64,000 nt of DNA from Iphione sp. A-MEVVRFRX5 (taxonomy: Eukaryota): the NCBI GenBank assembly GCA_976226885.1, contig OZ320322.1:65038001-65102000 (forward strand), in the 5' to 3' direction. Shown one piece after another: positions 12,467 to 21,945 of the stretch; position 1 is the first letter of the stretch, and the number at the start of each line of letters is the position of its first letter. Made by a program: the position numbers and the translations under genes. The notes beneath the pieces are model-generated. The model worked only from the letters and a program-made list of their open reading frames with translations, ran no database searches and was not told where the DNA came from.

Positions 12467-13678
12467 ATGGCGACTGACCAAGAGGGTCGACGTGATTTGT
12501 CGGCAGAGTCTGACTCTGAGGGTTCTATCATGGACCGTGGAGGACCCAGTTCAGACACAACTCGCCAGAACAATCAGGGCGAGTCTTTGGCACAAGTCCT
12601 TGATGCTATTCATTCCTTGGGGGAACAGATGATAACGTCGATCCAACAAAGCGGCCACCGGTCCAGGGACCACTCCCATTGCCGCGATAGATCCAGGGGC
12701 CGCTCCCGCTCCGGTGAGCGGGACAGACGTTCCCGTGACGCTGATGCTCGTTCGACGACAGGCAGTTACTTGTCGGATAGAACCTCCACCTTCTCAGAAG
12801 ATGGACTGTTGGCAACATTACCGGAAGACCCCAACATGCCGGCTCTGTCGGAAGTGGGAGAATCGGAGGGCGGTGCCTACTTTGACGAGATGACACGTGG
12901 CATCGACCAGGATAAGTCGGTTTCACATGCTACACACTCTAGGGTGGCAAAATTCGTGGGAGGTCGAGTGGCCAAACCAATGGAAACGGACACGATCAAA
13001 GAACTGCGAGACAAATATGCGCGGCCAACCAACATTTCCCAACTGAAGGTGCCCAAGCTGGATGCCACACTCTGGCTTCATATGTCACCAACGGGACGGA
13101 ACAGAGACAAAGCGCTACAGAAACACATGCATAGCGCTAATGCTGTAATCTGCGCGATAACCCGACTGGCGGAGATCTTGATAGCTAATGAGCAAAACAA
13201 TCCATGGGTCCGCGACGCCCAGAAGCTGCTAACGGACATCGTCAATTTGGAAGTGGGATCTCGAATGGATGTACTGAAGCTACGCAGGCACGAGGTGCGA
13301 CTCAGTCTGCCGGACACATACAAAAGGCTGGCCGAAGACGCTTCACCCACGGCAGAGTTTCTGTTTGGAGACAACTTCCGTCAGCGATGCAAGGAAATGG
13401 AGGAAGATGAGAAGTTCGCCAAAAAATTTGACAAAGGCAAGACAGGAGGCAAACAGAAGCCAAAGAATGGCAACACTTCCAACAGGACTGAGCCCTACAA
13501 CAAGCAGCGTCAAACCAACCAGACCGGCAACTCCAACAGGGGCCGCTATAATAAGTCGCGCGGGGATTATCGCCAGTCCACCACTTACAAGAGCCTGCTG
13601 GAATCGTCAGACCAGGCACATCAGGGAAACGGCAAAGGGCTGGGGTTTGGCCAGAAACCCCAGCCGAAATCCCAGTAG
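12467..13678 (+). CDS. DIRS gag-like ORF1 (403 aa)
   Basis: First long ORF inside the ITRs, with the P..LFG-type motif (AEFLFGDNF) and a basic C-terminus usual for DIRS gag. Confidence 0.85.
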   Translation: MATDQEGRRDLSAESDSEGSIMDRGGPSSDTTRQNNQGESLAQVLDAIHSLGEQMITSIQQSGHRSRDHSHCRDRSRGRSRSGERDRRSRDADARSTTGSYLSDRTSTFSEDGLLATLPEDPNMPALSEVGESEGGAYFDEMTRGIDQDKSVSHATHSRVAKFVGGRVAKPMETDTIKELRDKYARPTNISQLKVPKLDATLWLHMSPTGRNRDKALQKHMHSANAVICAITRLAEILIANEQNNPWVRDAQKLLTDIVNLEVGSRMDVLKLRRHEVRLSLPDTYKRLAEDASPTAEFLFGDNFRQRCKEMEEDEKFAKKFDKGKTGGKQKPKNGNTSNRTEPYNKQRQTNQTGNSNRGRYNKSRGDYRQSTTYKSLLESSDQAHQGNGKGLGFGQKPQPKSQ

Positions 13679-13680
13679 AG

Positions 13681-15573
13681 GTGAGTACACCACAGTTGGC
13701 ACGTAAAACTACCATTGCTGATTTCCTTGACCACTGGGAAGATATTACTTCCAACCCAGAGGTTTTGGACATGGTACGAGGGGTGCGGTTGCAGTTCGCT
13801 CAGAACCCTACGTGCCCAGGGGCCCTCAGACCTTATGGACTGACGCTTGAGCAGGCCATGGCCGCCACGAACATGGTGTCAGACATGCTCCGCGCAGGTG
13901 TAATTTCACAAGTCCCCTTGAGTCAGGCAAAATTTGTATCAAACATTTTCTTGCGACCAAAACCAAACGGCACCTACTGCCTCATTGTGGACCTCTCGGC
14001 CCTTAACGAATTCTTAATCAAAGAACATTTTAAGATGGAGACCTTCCAGTCGGCCTTGCTTGCAGTGGGACCCAGTTCTTTCCTTACGTCCTTAGATTTA
14101 AAAGACGCATACCATTCTGTAAGTATTCGACCACAGGACAGAAAGTTTCTGGTTTTCCAGTGGGACCAAGCCTGGTATCAGTTCGATGTGCTCCCCTTTG
14201 GGCTTAGTTCGGCCCCTCGTGTTTTCACAAAGTTAATGAAGCCAGTGCTGACGAGTTTCAGGGAACGCGGCATTAATGTAATAGCTTACCTAGACGACCT
14301 GTTGCTAATAGCAAATACACCAGAACAAGCACGCCAAAACACACAGTGGGTTGCGCAACACCTAGAGAGTCTAGGATTCGTGGTGAATGAACAAAAATCT
14401 CATAGGATACCCACACAGAACATCGTGTTCTTGGGATATCATATCTGTACGGCCCCCCGAACAGTGGCACCAACACCAGACAAAGTAAACCAGGTGGTAC
14501 AATCCCTCCAATCACTCCTGTCAAACAACACATGCTCTGTTCGACGCGCAGCCTCCCTCATTGGGTCGCTCAATGACCTTACTAAGGCAAGTCTGTATGG
14601 CCCGGCACACATGAAACACTTAGAGCTTAGGAAAATCAAATGCTTAAGGAGAGCGGGCAGAAAAGCCTTCGAAGGGACTTTCACTCTCACGCATAGATGC
14701 AGGGGAGACCTGCAATGGTGGTCCTCCACACTACCACAAACTATTCGCAGTTTTGTCCCAACTTCTCCGACAACTACCTTAATGACAGATGCCTCCCTCT
14801 TGGGCTGGGGAGCCTGCTTTGAGGGCAGCAGCACGGGGGGACTGTGGTCGATAGCGGAAGCGGACCTCCACATCAACGTACTTGAACTCCTAGCTGTACT
14901 TTTCGGCCTTCGCACTTTCTGTGACCAACTAACGGGAACACATCTACTAATCATGTCAGACAACACCACTACGGTGGCATACATCAACAATATGGGGGGC
15001 ACTCGAGCGGGGAAGTGCAACCTAGTCGCCTTAGACATTTGGAAATTTGCGGAGGATAGACACCTTTTCCTTCAGGCCACACACATCCCGGGGGACCGTA
15101 ACGTCCTAGCTGATGCAGAGTCTAGGGAATTTAACTTGGAGATTGAGTGGGAGCTAAACCACCACATCTTTCACAGGATTACATGTCAGTGGGGTACCCC
15201 GGAGGTGGACTTGTTTGCCTCTAGAGTAAACCACAAGGTACCACGTTACATCAGTTGGAGGCCAGACCCACAAGCAATTTTTGTCGATGCGTTGGCGTTA
15301 TCATGGGGTCAATTTGATATAGCATATGCTTTTCCTCCTTTCAGCTTGGTCGGAAAGGTGATCCGCAAGGTGCAACAAGATCGGGCAAACATCTTCCTGG
15401 TAGCTCCAGCGTGGACAGGACAGTGGTGGTTCCCCCTGCTGACCCAACTCTCCGCCAGACCTCTCCTCAAGTTCCGGGGACAACCGGACAATCTAACGGG
15501 GCCCCTAGCAACATCTCAACCACACATCGCAAATATGGGTCTAATTGCAGCGCACTTATGCTTCAGGCAGTAG
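13681..15573 (+). CDS. DIRS pol: reverse transcriptase, RNase H and Dam-like methyltransferase domain
   Basis: RT motifs LDLKDAY, LPFGLSSAP, YLDD; RNase H TDASLLGWG, HINVLELLAV, SDNTT, LADAESR; MT-like VDLFAS...YAFPPF. Frame is open from 13552, overlapping gag. Confidence 0.97.
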   Translation: MSTPQLARKTTIADFLDHWEDITSNPEVLDMVRGVRLQFAQNPTCPGALRPYGLTLEQAMAATNMVSDMLRAGVISQVPLSQAKFVSNIFLRPKPNGTYCLIVDLSALNEFLIKEHFKMETFQSALLAVGPSSFLTSLDLKDAYHSVSIRPQDRKFLVFQWDQAWYQFDVLPFGLSSAPRVFTKLMKPVLTSFRERGINVIAYLDDLLLIANTPEQARQNTQWVAQHLESLGFVVNEQKSHRIPTQNIVFLGYHICTAPRTVAPTPDKVNQVVQSLQSLLSNNTCSVRRAASLIGSLNDLTKASLYGPAHMKHLELRKIKCLRRAGRKAFEGTFTLTHRCRGDLQWWSSTLPQTIRSFVPTSPTTTLMTDASLLGWGACFEGSSTGGLWSIAEADLHINVLELLAVLFGLRTFCDQLTGTHLLIMSDNTTTVAYINNMGGTRAGKCNLVALDIWKFAEDRHLFLQATHIPGDRNVLADAESREFNLEIEWELNHHIFHRITCQWGTPEVDLFASRVNHKVPRYISWRPDPQAIFVDALALSWGQFDIAYAFPPFSLVGKVIRKVQQDRANIFLVAPAWTGQWWFPLLTQLSARPLLKFRGQPDNLTGPLATSQPHIANMGLIAAHLCFRQ

Positions 15574-16499
15574 CGGAACTGTGCCCACATCCAGCCTTAA
15601 CCAAACACATCATCAGGTCATGGCGCCCGAAGACCAGGCGCCTGTACAAATCATACCTTGACAGGTGGCGTACATTTTGTGTGGAACAGGGCTTCCACCC
15701 GCGCAAGGCTACGACGGTGCAGGGCCTACTTTTCCTGAATAAACTTTTCCTACAAGGGGTGAGATACAACACCATCAACACAGCCCGATCTGCGTTATCG
15801 ACCATTTTGCCTAGAGACGATGGGGTCCCATTTGGCAAACGCTACGTCACAACCAGGATGCTTCGAGGCATCTTCAACGTCCGGCCACCAAGAGCCAGAT
15901 ACACCCAAACATGGGACGTCGACTTAGTGCTTGAGTTCCTAAGAGAATGGACACCGAATGCATGCTTATCTTTGAAGCAGATCACCTTGAAAACGAACAT
16001 GCTGCTGCTGTTAACATCGTGCGGCCGTACGCAGACAATCTACAAAATCCTTCGACACAACATCAAGTTTTCTACGGATGGGTCTTTGATGATCCTTTAT
16101 GCATCCGTACTGAAACACTCCACACCGGGAAGAGGTTCCAGCCAGGTGCACCTCTTGCCATGCAACGCAGGCAAGTCATTGTGCGTAGTCCGCTGTGTCC
16201 ACGAATACTTGAAGCGGACATCGGAAATAGCAGACGAGAGGGGACCCCTCTTTGTAGGAACCATCCCCCCACACCGACCAGTAGGGCAGTCGACCATAGC
16301 TCGCTGGGCCAAAGATGTCATGCATCAAGCGGGTGTGGATACCACCGTCTTCACTGCGCATAGCACTTGCGGAGCATCCACATCAAAGATGTTTGCACAA
16401 GGGATGCCCATCAGAGAGATCCTCAAAAAGGGCATGTGGCGCTCTGACTCCAGCTTTTTGCGTCACTATAAGAAAGACATTATGCCTGTTCAACGCTAA
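15558..16499 (+). CDS. DIRS tyrosine recombinase (H-x-x-R motif reads HSTC)
   Basis: SAM-like N-domain (WRPKTRRLYKSYL..W), LTSCGR, HST[C]GAS, GMW....F.RHY. ATG at 15558; the track ORF starts 15411. Confidence 0.95.
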   Translation: MLQAVAELCPHPALTKHIIRSWRPKTRRLYKSYLDRWRTFCVEQGFHPRKATTVQGLLFLNKLFLQGVRYNTINTARSALSTILPRDDGVPFGKRYVTTRMLRGIFNVRPPRARYTQTWDVDLVLEFLREWTPNACLSLKQITLKTNMLLLLTSCGRTQTIYKILRHNIKFSTDGSLMILYASVLKHSTPGRGSSQVHLLPCNAGKSLCVVRCVHEYLKRTSEIADERGPLFVGTIPPHRPVGQSTIARWAKDVMHQAGVDTTVFTAHSTCGASTSKMFAQGMPIREILKKGMWRSDSSFLRHYKKDIMPVQR

Positions 16500-16639
16500 C
16501 ACCTGTCCATGGGACGGTGCACAACTGTACATACGTTCTTCTGACAGTTTGTTCCTCGTATTACCCGTTACGACGTTTGAACTTTCTTCTTACGCAGTTG
16601 ACATTCACCTGAACGCAGACTCTGCTCTGGGACTTTCAA

Positions 16640-16765
16640 CATCTCCCTTCGTCGCCCCGTAGCGATGAACACCGGTACTAATCAACACGTTTGACTAGAC
16701 TTACCTAGTAAGTTGCTGGTAAACGAAGGTTAGTACCGGTGAAGGAGCGAAGGGTGGACGAAGGG
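16640..16765. other. DIRS internal complementary region (ICR)
   Basis: 5' part is complementary to the left ITR start (3 mismatches); 3' part is the exact reverse complement of 16908-16991. Confidence 0.95.
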
Positions 16766-16995
16766 CCCACCCTTCCCACCCAACAAGATTGACTCCAGCG
16801 CATCATACCCTTCGCTCCTTCCTACATTGTCATTCGACCCATCGCAGGTCTTCTGCTACATCGGGTCTTTCAAGACTGTCTTCCACCAGGTGGCGTCGAG
16901 CACATCTCCCTTCGTCCACCCTTCGCTCCTTCACCGGTACTAACCTTCGTTTACCAGCAACTTACTAGGTAAGTCTAGTCAAACGTGTTGATTAG

Positions 16996-17160
16996 ATAGA
17001 AGGAGAGGTGAAGGTTAGATAGGTGGAGAAGTGAAGGTTAGAAAGCTGGAGAGGTGAAGGATAGAAAGAGAGGTGAAGGATAGGAAGTGGAAGAGGTGAA
17101 GGTTAGATAGGTGGAGAGGTGAAGATTAGATAGGTGGAGAGGTGAAGGTTTAGAAAGCGG
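16996..17160. repeat. gaggtgaaggttaga minisatellite, right part
   Basis: Continuation of the array at 11940-12180. Confidence 0.9.
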
Positions 17161-17229
17161 GAGAGGTGGTTTCTTTCTTTCTTGGCAGTCTTTGTAACCT
17201 ACTCCCACTTACAACCATCACATGACCAG

Positions 17230-18101
17230 CCGTGGCGCCCCTCGGAACCCGGGAGGAGGAACGCGCGCTCTCCGCCCCTAAGCCAGGTCGCTGGGGCTCT
17301 ACACCTTATACGTGAACGCGAATTAAGGAATTCACGTCAGGGTGGATGAGAGGGGAGCGCTGACCATGGCGAATCTCACCGACGACTCGCACGGTGGCCT
17401 CGTCCTCCTCGTACCTGTCCAGCCCGCTGTGCGGCGCTGGGGGAGCACAGCAGGTGTGGGAACTTCCTCCGCGTGCGTGGCGGGTCAGGAGGTCACCAGC
17501 GGCCCAAACGTCGAGAGCCCCTCGAGCGGGGGAAGTGAGGTAAGCGGGGGGGGGGGGGGGGGCGGAGCAGCCGCCCCCTTCCCTCGCACATACCACCCAC
17601 CATTGACCGGACCAGGAGGAGGAGGAGCAGGAGAAGGAGGAGCAGGAGGACTGGCGCGGTCACTCCCAGAGGTGAATAGAGCAGTAGGAGCGACAGCCTC
17701 AACACGAAGGTAAGTAAGACTAACTATAACCAAGACTAACAAAGATCCCTCCCCCAGCAAGTCGGAGTCAATCTCCTCAACTCCAGGAGGTAAATATCCC
17801 CGAAACCAAGGTTCCCCCGCTCTCTCTAGTACTCCGAGACAGAGAGAGAGAGAGAGAGAGAGCGACAGAGACAGAGACAGAAAGGGAGAGAGGGGAGAAA
17901 GCAGGAAGAAAAGAGAGTGAGAGAGAGAATGAAAGAAACGAGAAGACTTAAAAGGGACCTGGTAGGAGCAGGAGGAGGAGGAGGAGTAGACCCTCCGTCT
18001 ACGTGGCAGCGGCGGCGGCGGCGGCGGCGCCTTGGTAGGAGCAGCTGTTTTTATAAGGGAGCAATCTGGAGCAGCTCAGACCTGCTGCCTTTCCTACACC
18101 T

Positions 18102-18165
<64 letters not shown>

Positions 18166-18340
18166 TCTCTCCGCTCGACCCGACCCTATCTCTGCAGTCA
18201 GTGAGGAGCTGTGGGAGGTGCCCCCCGGCCTGCCCAGAGAGACTAGCTGGACTACTTGTGGCAGCCTACCTGCCGCCGCTCGCTTTCCCGAGCCTGCCTG
18301 CCCTGGCCTGACTGCTCCAGCCTTCTCTCTCACTCACAAC
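17230..18340. promoter_or_regulatory. CpG-rich promoter / 5' exon region of the GT31 gene
   Basis: CpG/GCC-rich; strong + strand donors at 17541 (GAG|gtaagc) and 17710 (AAG|gtaagt); TATAAAAA on the - strand at 18048-18055; (GA)n and (CT)n tracts. Confidence 0.5.
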
Positions 18341-18687
18341 TTACTCGTTGTATTTAATTCTTTTACTTAACATATTAACAGAAGTAAACATATATTGGTG
18401 TCTCTATGATATAAGAGACGCATGTCTTTTGGATATAACTGTTATACAATTGAAGTTGTAACAAACTTTGTTTTTCTTTATGTTAAATTTGCCTGAAACT
18501 GCACAATCTTGCTGCTGAAGAAAACACATCAAACTTTCGTATACCATTATCTGTTATGGCCTGGCTCTATTTTTAGCCAGGGAAAATAAAAGTTACAAGA
18601 AAAGCCTGCCTCCCCCCTGCCTGCCTGCCCTGTGGGATAGCTTGCCCTGACGAGTGCTGTCATTCTCTCCCATGCAGGTTCAGTAAG

Positions 18688-20004
18688 ATGGGGTGGCCCT
18701 GCCGTCCCGGTCAGCAGCGCTGTGTCGGCATCATTCTAGCCCTCTGTCTCCTTGGTAACGTGCTCCTGGTGCTCCGTTACCTGACGTCGCGCAGCCACGC
18801 GGCGGCCGACGTCCTCACCGACGACAATGGCGTCCCGCTCTTCCTGCACGAGCCGTTCGACGACGACCGGCACCGGAACAACCTGGAGCATGCGCACCAC
18901 GTGCGACTCCGGCTTCAGCACGGCCGCAACGACGGCCCCGGCCGCCATCACCTCGTCAAGAAGCGGCACTTCCCGGACACCAACCGGTCCATGCTGCACG
19001 TGCTCAGTGAGCATGCGCGGCGGCAGGTCCTCCACGTAGACCGGGAAGAGGTGGCGCCACCTAGTCTCCTCCGAGCAGGGACGCCCAGCAACTATGGCGG
19101 CCAAGGTCACGCGCCGGTCACGAATCAAGGATACGTGGACGGCTTACAACTTCCCTGGACGGGAGAACAGGGAGGTCTAGATTTCACGAAGATCAAGGCG
19201 CTGGCCATGCCATCCTCCTGTAGGGGGCAGCAGCAGCAGCAGCAGCTGGTAGTGGTGGTGTGCTCTGCTGCCGCTAGGTTTGAGTTGCGGGCGGCCATTA
19301 GAGAGACGTGGGGGAGGGCGGGCGTCAGCCTCGTCTTCGTGGTGGGCCGGGCGGCGGACGCGGGCTCGCCGCTCCTGTCTAGACAGGTGGAGACGGAGGT
19401 GGCGGAACAGGGGGACGTCCTTCTGCTGGACATGGAGGAGAGGTACACGCTGCTCACCTACAAGACGCTGGCGGCCTTCAGCTGGGTCCTCCACCACTGC
19501 AGCCACGGCGCCACGCACCTCCTCAAGGCGGACGACGACGTCTTCATCAACGTCCCCAACCTCCGCCACGAGCTGCGCCTCATGGAAGACAGCCTGCCGG
19601 GCAGATTCATGCTGGGTCACGTGATAGACGGCGCTAAGCCAATCACCGCCCGCCAGGACAAGTGGTACCTGGGGGCGGGTCAGTTCCGGGGTGGCACCTA
19701 TCCCACCTATCTGTCGGGCTCTGCGTATGTCTTTCCAACCTCACTGCTCAAGCCTCTTCTCCACGAAGCTCAACAAACGCAGCCATTTTGGATTGAGGAT
19801 GTCTTCATCTCGGGGGTGTTGGCCCAGCGACTCAAAGCGGTTCTCATCCACAATTCCAAGTTTGAGTACCAGAAGAGCAAGTTTGGACCGTGTCACTTCC
19901 GGTCTATCATCTCTGCCCACCAGGTGTCGCCTGCCGACCTCCGCAGAGTGTGGGCACAGATGGGCAACCAGCGACTAAACTGTGGCCCGCGAGTATTCAC
20001 TTGA
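18688..20004 (+). CDS. Beta-1,3-galactosyltransferase-like type II membrane glycosyltransferase (GT31 family), 438 aa
   Basis: N-terminal TM (VGIILALCLLGNVLLVL), R.AIRETWG, VFVVG, LTYKT, KADDDVFINV (DxD), YPTYLSGSAY, IEDVFISG. Acceptor 10 nt upstream of the ATG. Confidence 0.95.
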   Translation: MGWPCRPGQQRCVGIILALCLLGNVLLVLRYLTSRSHAAADVLTDDNGVPLFLHEPFDDDRHRNNLEHAHHVRLRLQHGRNDGPGRHHLVKKRHFPDTNRSMLHVLSEHARRQVLHVDREEVAPPSLLRAGTPSNYGGQGHAPVTNQGYVDGLQLPWTGEQGGLDFTKIKALAMPSSCRGQQQQQQLVVVVCSAAARFELRAAIRETWGRAGVSLVFVVGRAADAGSPLLSRQVETEVAEQGDVLLLDMEERYTLLTYKTLAAFSWVLHHCSHGATHLLKADDDVFINVPNLRHELRLMEDSLPGRFMLGHVIDGAKPITARQDKWYLGAGQFRGGTYPTYLSGSAYVFPTSLLKPLLHEAQQTQPFWIEDVFISGVLAQRLKAVLIHNSKFEYQKSKFGPCHFRSIISAHQVSPADLRRVWAQMGNQRLNCGPRVFT

Positions 20005-20315
20005 GGTCGGTGGTGGTTTAATGGACAAAAAGACCATTAGGGATCGTGAAACATATGATGGCATACTGTGCTGGCTGACTGAACAGCGGGGACTGTGACA
20101 TGGCATGCCTGACAGTCTACTCCATGAGAGTATAGATGGTGCTGTGAAGATTGTTACATGATGGTGTATAGTATGGGAATATAGATTGTGCTGCGGGGAC
20201 TTTGACATGATGGTGTACTGTATGGGAGTGTAGATGGTGCTGCAGGGGCTGTGACATGACAATGTACTGTATGGGAGTATAGATAGTGCGACAGGGACTG
20301 TGACATGATGGTGTA

Positions 20316-21090
20316 CCGGCGGCCCCCCTTTATCGGACCCCTCCCATCCGGAATCATCGTATAACCGGATGGTATTTGAATAACCAAGGTTTTTTCTATT
20401 AAAATTATATTACTTATCCGGACCCTGCCTTTCCGTATTCGGACGAAATTTAGCTGCATTTCAGAGCATTTAACATAGTAAAATCATTCAGTTAACCGGA
20501 GGAGTGTTGTGAGAGTCGCCTTATCGTCTCTGCGCGACAAGGGCGAACCAACGACAATGGATAGGGGTTTGTTTGAAGTGTAGTCGCTCGAACAACACAG
20601 GACATCCGTTGACACTCCTAAAGGAAGAAACAACAGAGCGCAGAGCGACTATCAGGGGTTTAAAGTCAAATACAGACATGCGAGATGATTACATAAGAGT
20701 GACGCCTGGGTGGTGACGTCCTAAAGGAGGAGACAACAGAGCACAGAGAACAAAGAAATTTGCCGTTTTTGACATTTTCTCCATGGAATATGCCTTAATC
20801 TCCATGAATTTTGCCGTTTTTTGTCACATTCTCCTTGAAATTTGCCGTTTTTGACATTTTCTCCATGGAATATGCCTCAATCTCCATGAATTTTGCCGTT
20901 TTTCGTCACATTCTCCTTGAAATTTGCCGTTTTTGACATTTTCTCCATGGAATATGCCTCAATCATGTTTTACCATTATGACAGTTTTCCCCACCAGGAG
21001 ACGCATGGTGCTCGACCGCCATTCCGGACCCCCTCCCAACCGGACATATTTTCGGATTCCCCTACTCCTCCGGTTAGGCGGGGCCGTCGG
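20316..21090. mobile_element. Non-autonomous TA-flanked TIR element (Tc1/mariner-pogo-type MITE)
   Basis: TA|ccggcggccccctttatcgga ... tccggttaggcggggccgtcgg|TA: imperfect ~21-bp TIRs with a TA duplication, inserted in a minisatellite unit. Confidence 0.75.
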
Positions 21091-21720
21091 TATAGTATGG
21101 GAGTATAGATGGTGCTGCGGGGACTATTACATGACAGTATACTGTATCAGAGTATTGATAGTGCTTCGGAGAGTAAGACATGACTGTGTACTGTATGAGA
21201 GTGTAGATGGTACTGCTGGGACTGTGACATGACTTTAGTGTATGAGAGTGTAAATAGTACTGCGGGGACTGTGACATGACGGTGTACTGTATCTATCAAG
21301 TATAGAGCTCAGTTTTGAATATTCTGGAGACTGCGACTTTCTATCTGGTATACTGATGTAGTGAATGGGTTACAGTAATTGATATATGGTAGTATATAGG
21401 ACTCATATGGCTTGAATAAGCTGAGCGTCGGCCTTTTACGTTTGAAAGTAAGTATATTTTTATAATTTTGTGATGACTACACCAAGATGCTCGTTCTTTA
21501 TAAGAGAGTTGTCTACATATCTGTACTTCCGGATGGATTCAAGTTGCTCTCCTTTAATAGTTGAAGTCATATCCTCAGGACATATTTGGCGTGTGTTTTC
21601 AGGCGGGATTGGCATTAACTGAGTCTTTTTTCATTTAGTATTGATTAATTTGTTATACACTATTGTTTCACTTGTGAAAATACAGTAATTGTCTTTTGCT
21701 GTAATTATTGTGTATCAGTA

Positions 21721-21945
21721 TCAGTGCAGATTATGACTATTATCAGCAGAAAGACCACAATGTCCACTTAGATCTGGCATGCCATTGATGGACATGTATA
21801 CAGTGTATACTGGAAACAATAGCGGACCTAAGGTTGACCCCTGAGGGACACCATCTTCAACTGCATCCATATGGGAGGTGACATCATTTATCAAGTAAAA
21901 GTAGAATGGATCAGTCCAGAACGATTCACACCAATGTAATGCCAT
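21721..21945 (-). pseudogene. Decayed non-LTR retrotransposon RT fragment
   Basis: GVPQGSTLGPLLF motif with degenerate surroundings. Confidence 0.75.

Larger units (their letters stand above)
12181..16995 (+). mobile_element. Full-length DIRS1-like tyrosine-recombinase retrotransposon
   Basis: Left ITR 12181-12250; right ITR 16875-16995 (16875-16916 is the exact reverse complement of 12209-12250); ICR 16640-16765 complementary to both ends; gag, RT-RNaseH-MT and YR ORFs; TTAG at both junctions. Confidence 0.97.
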
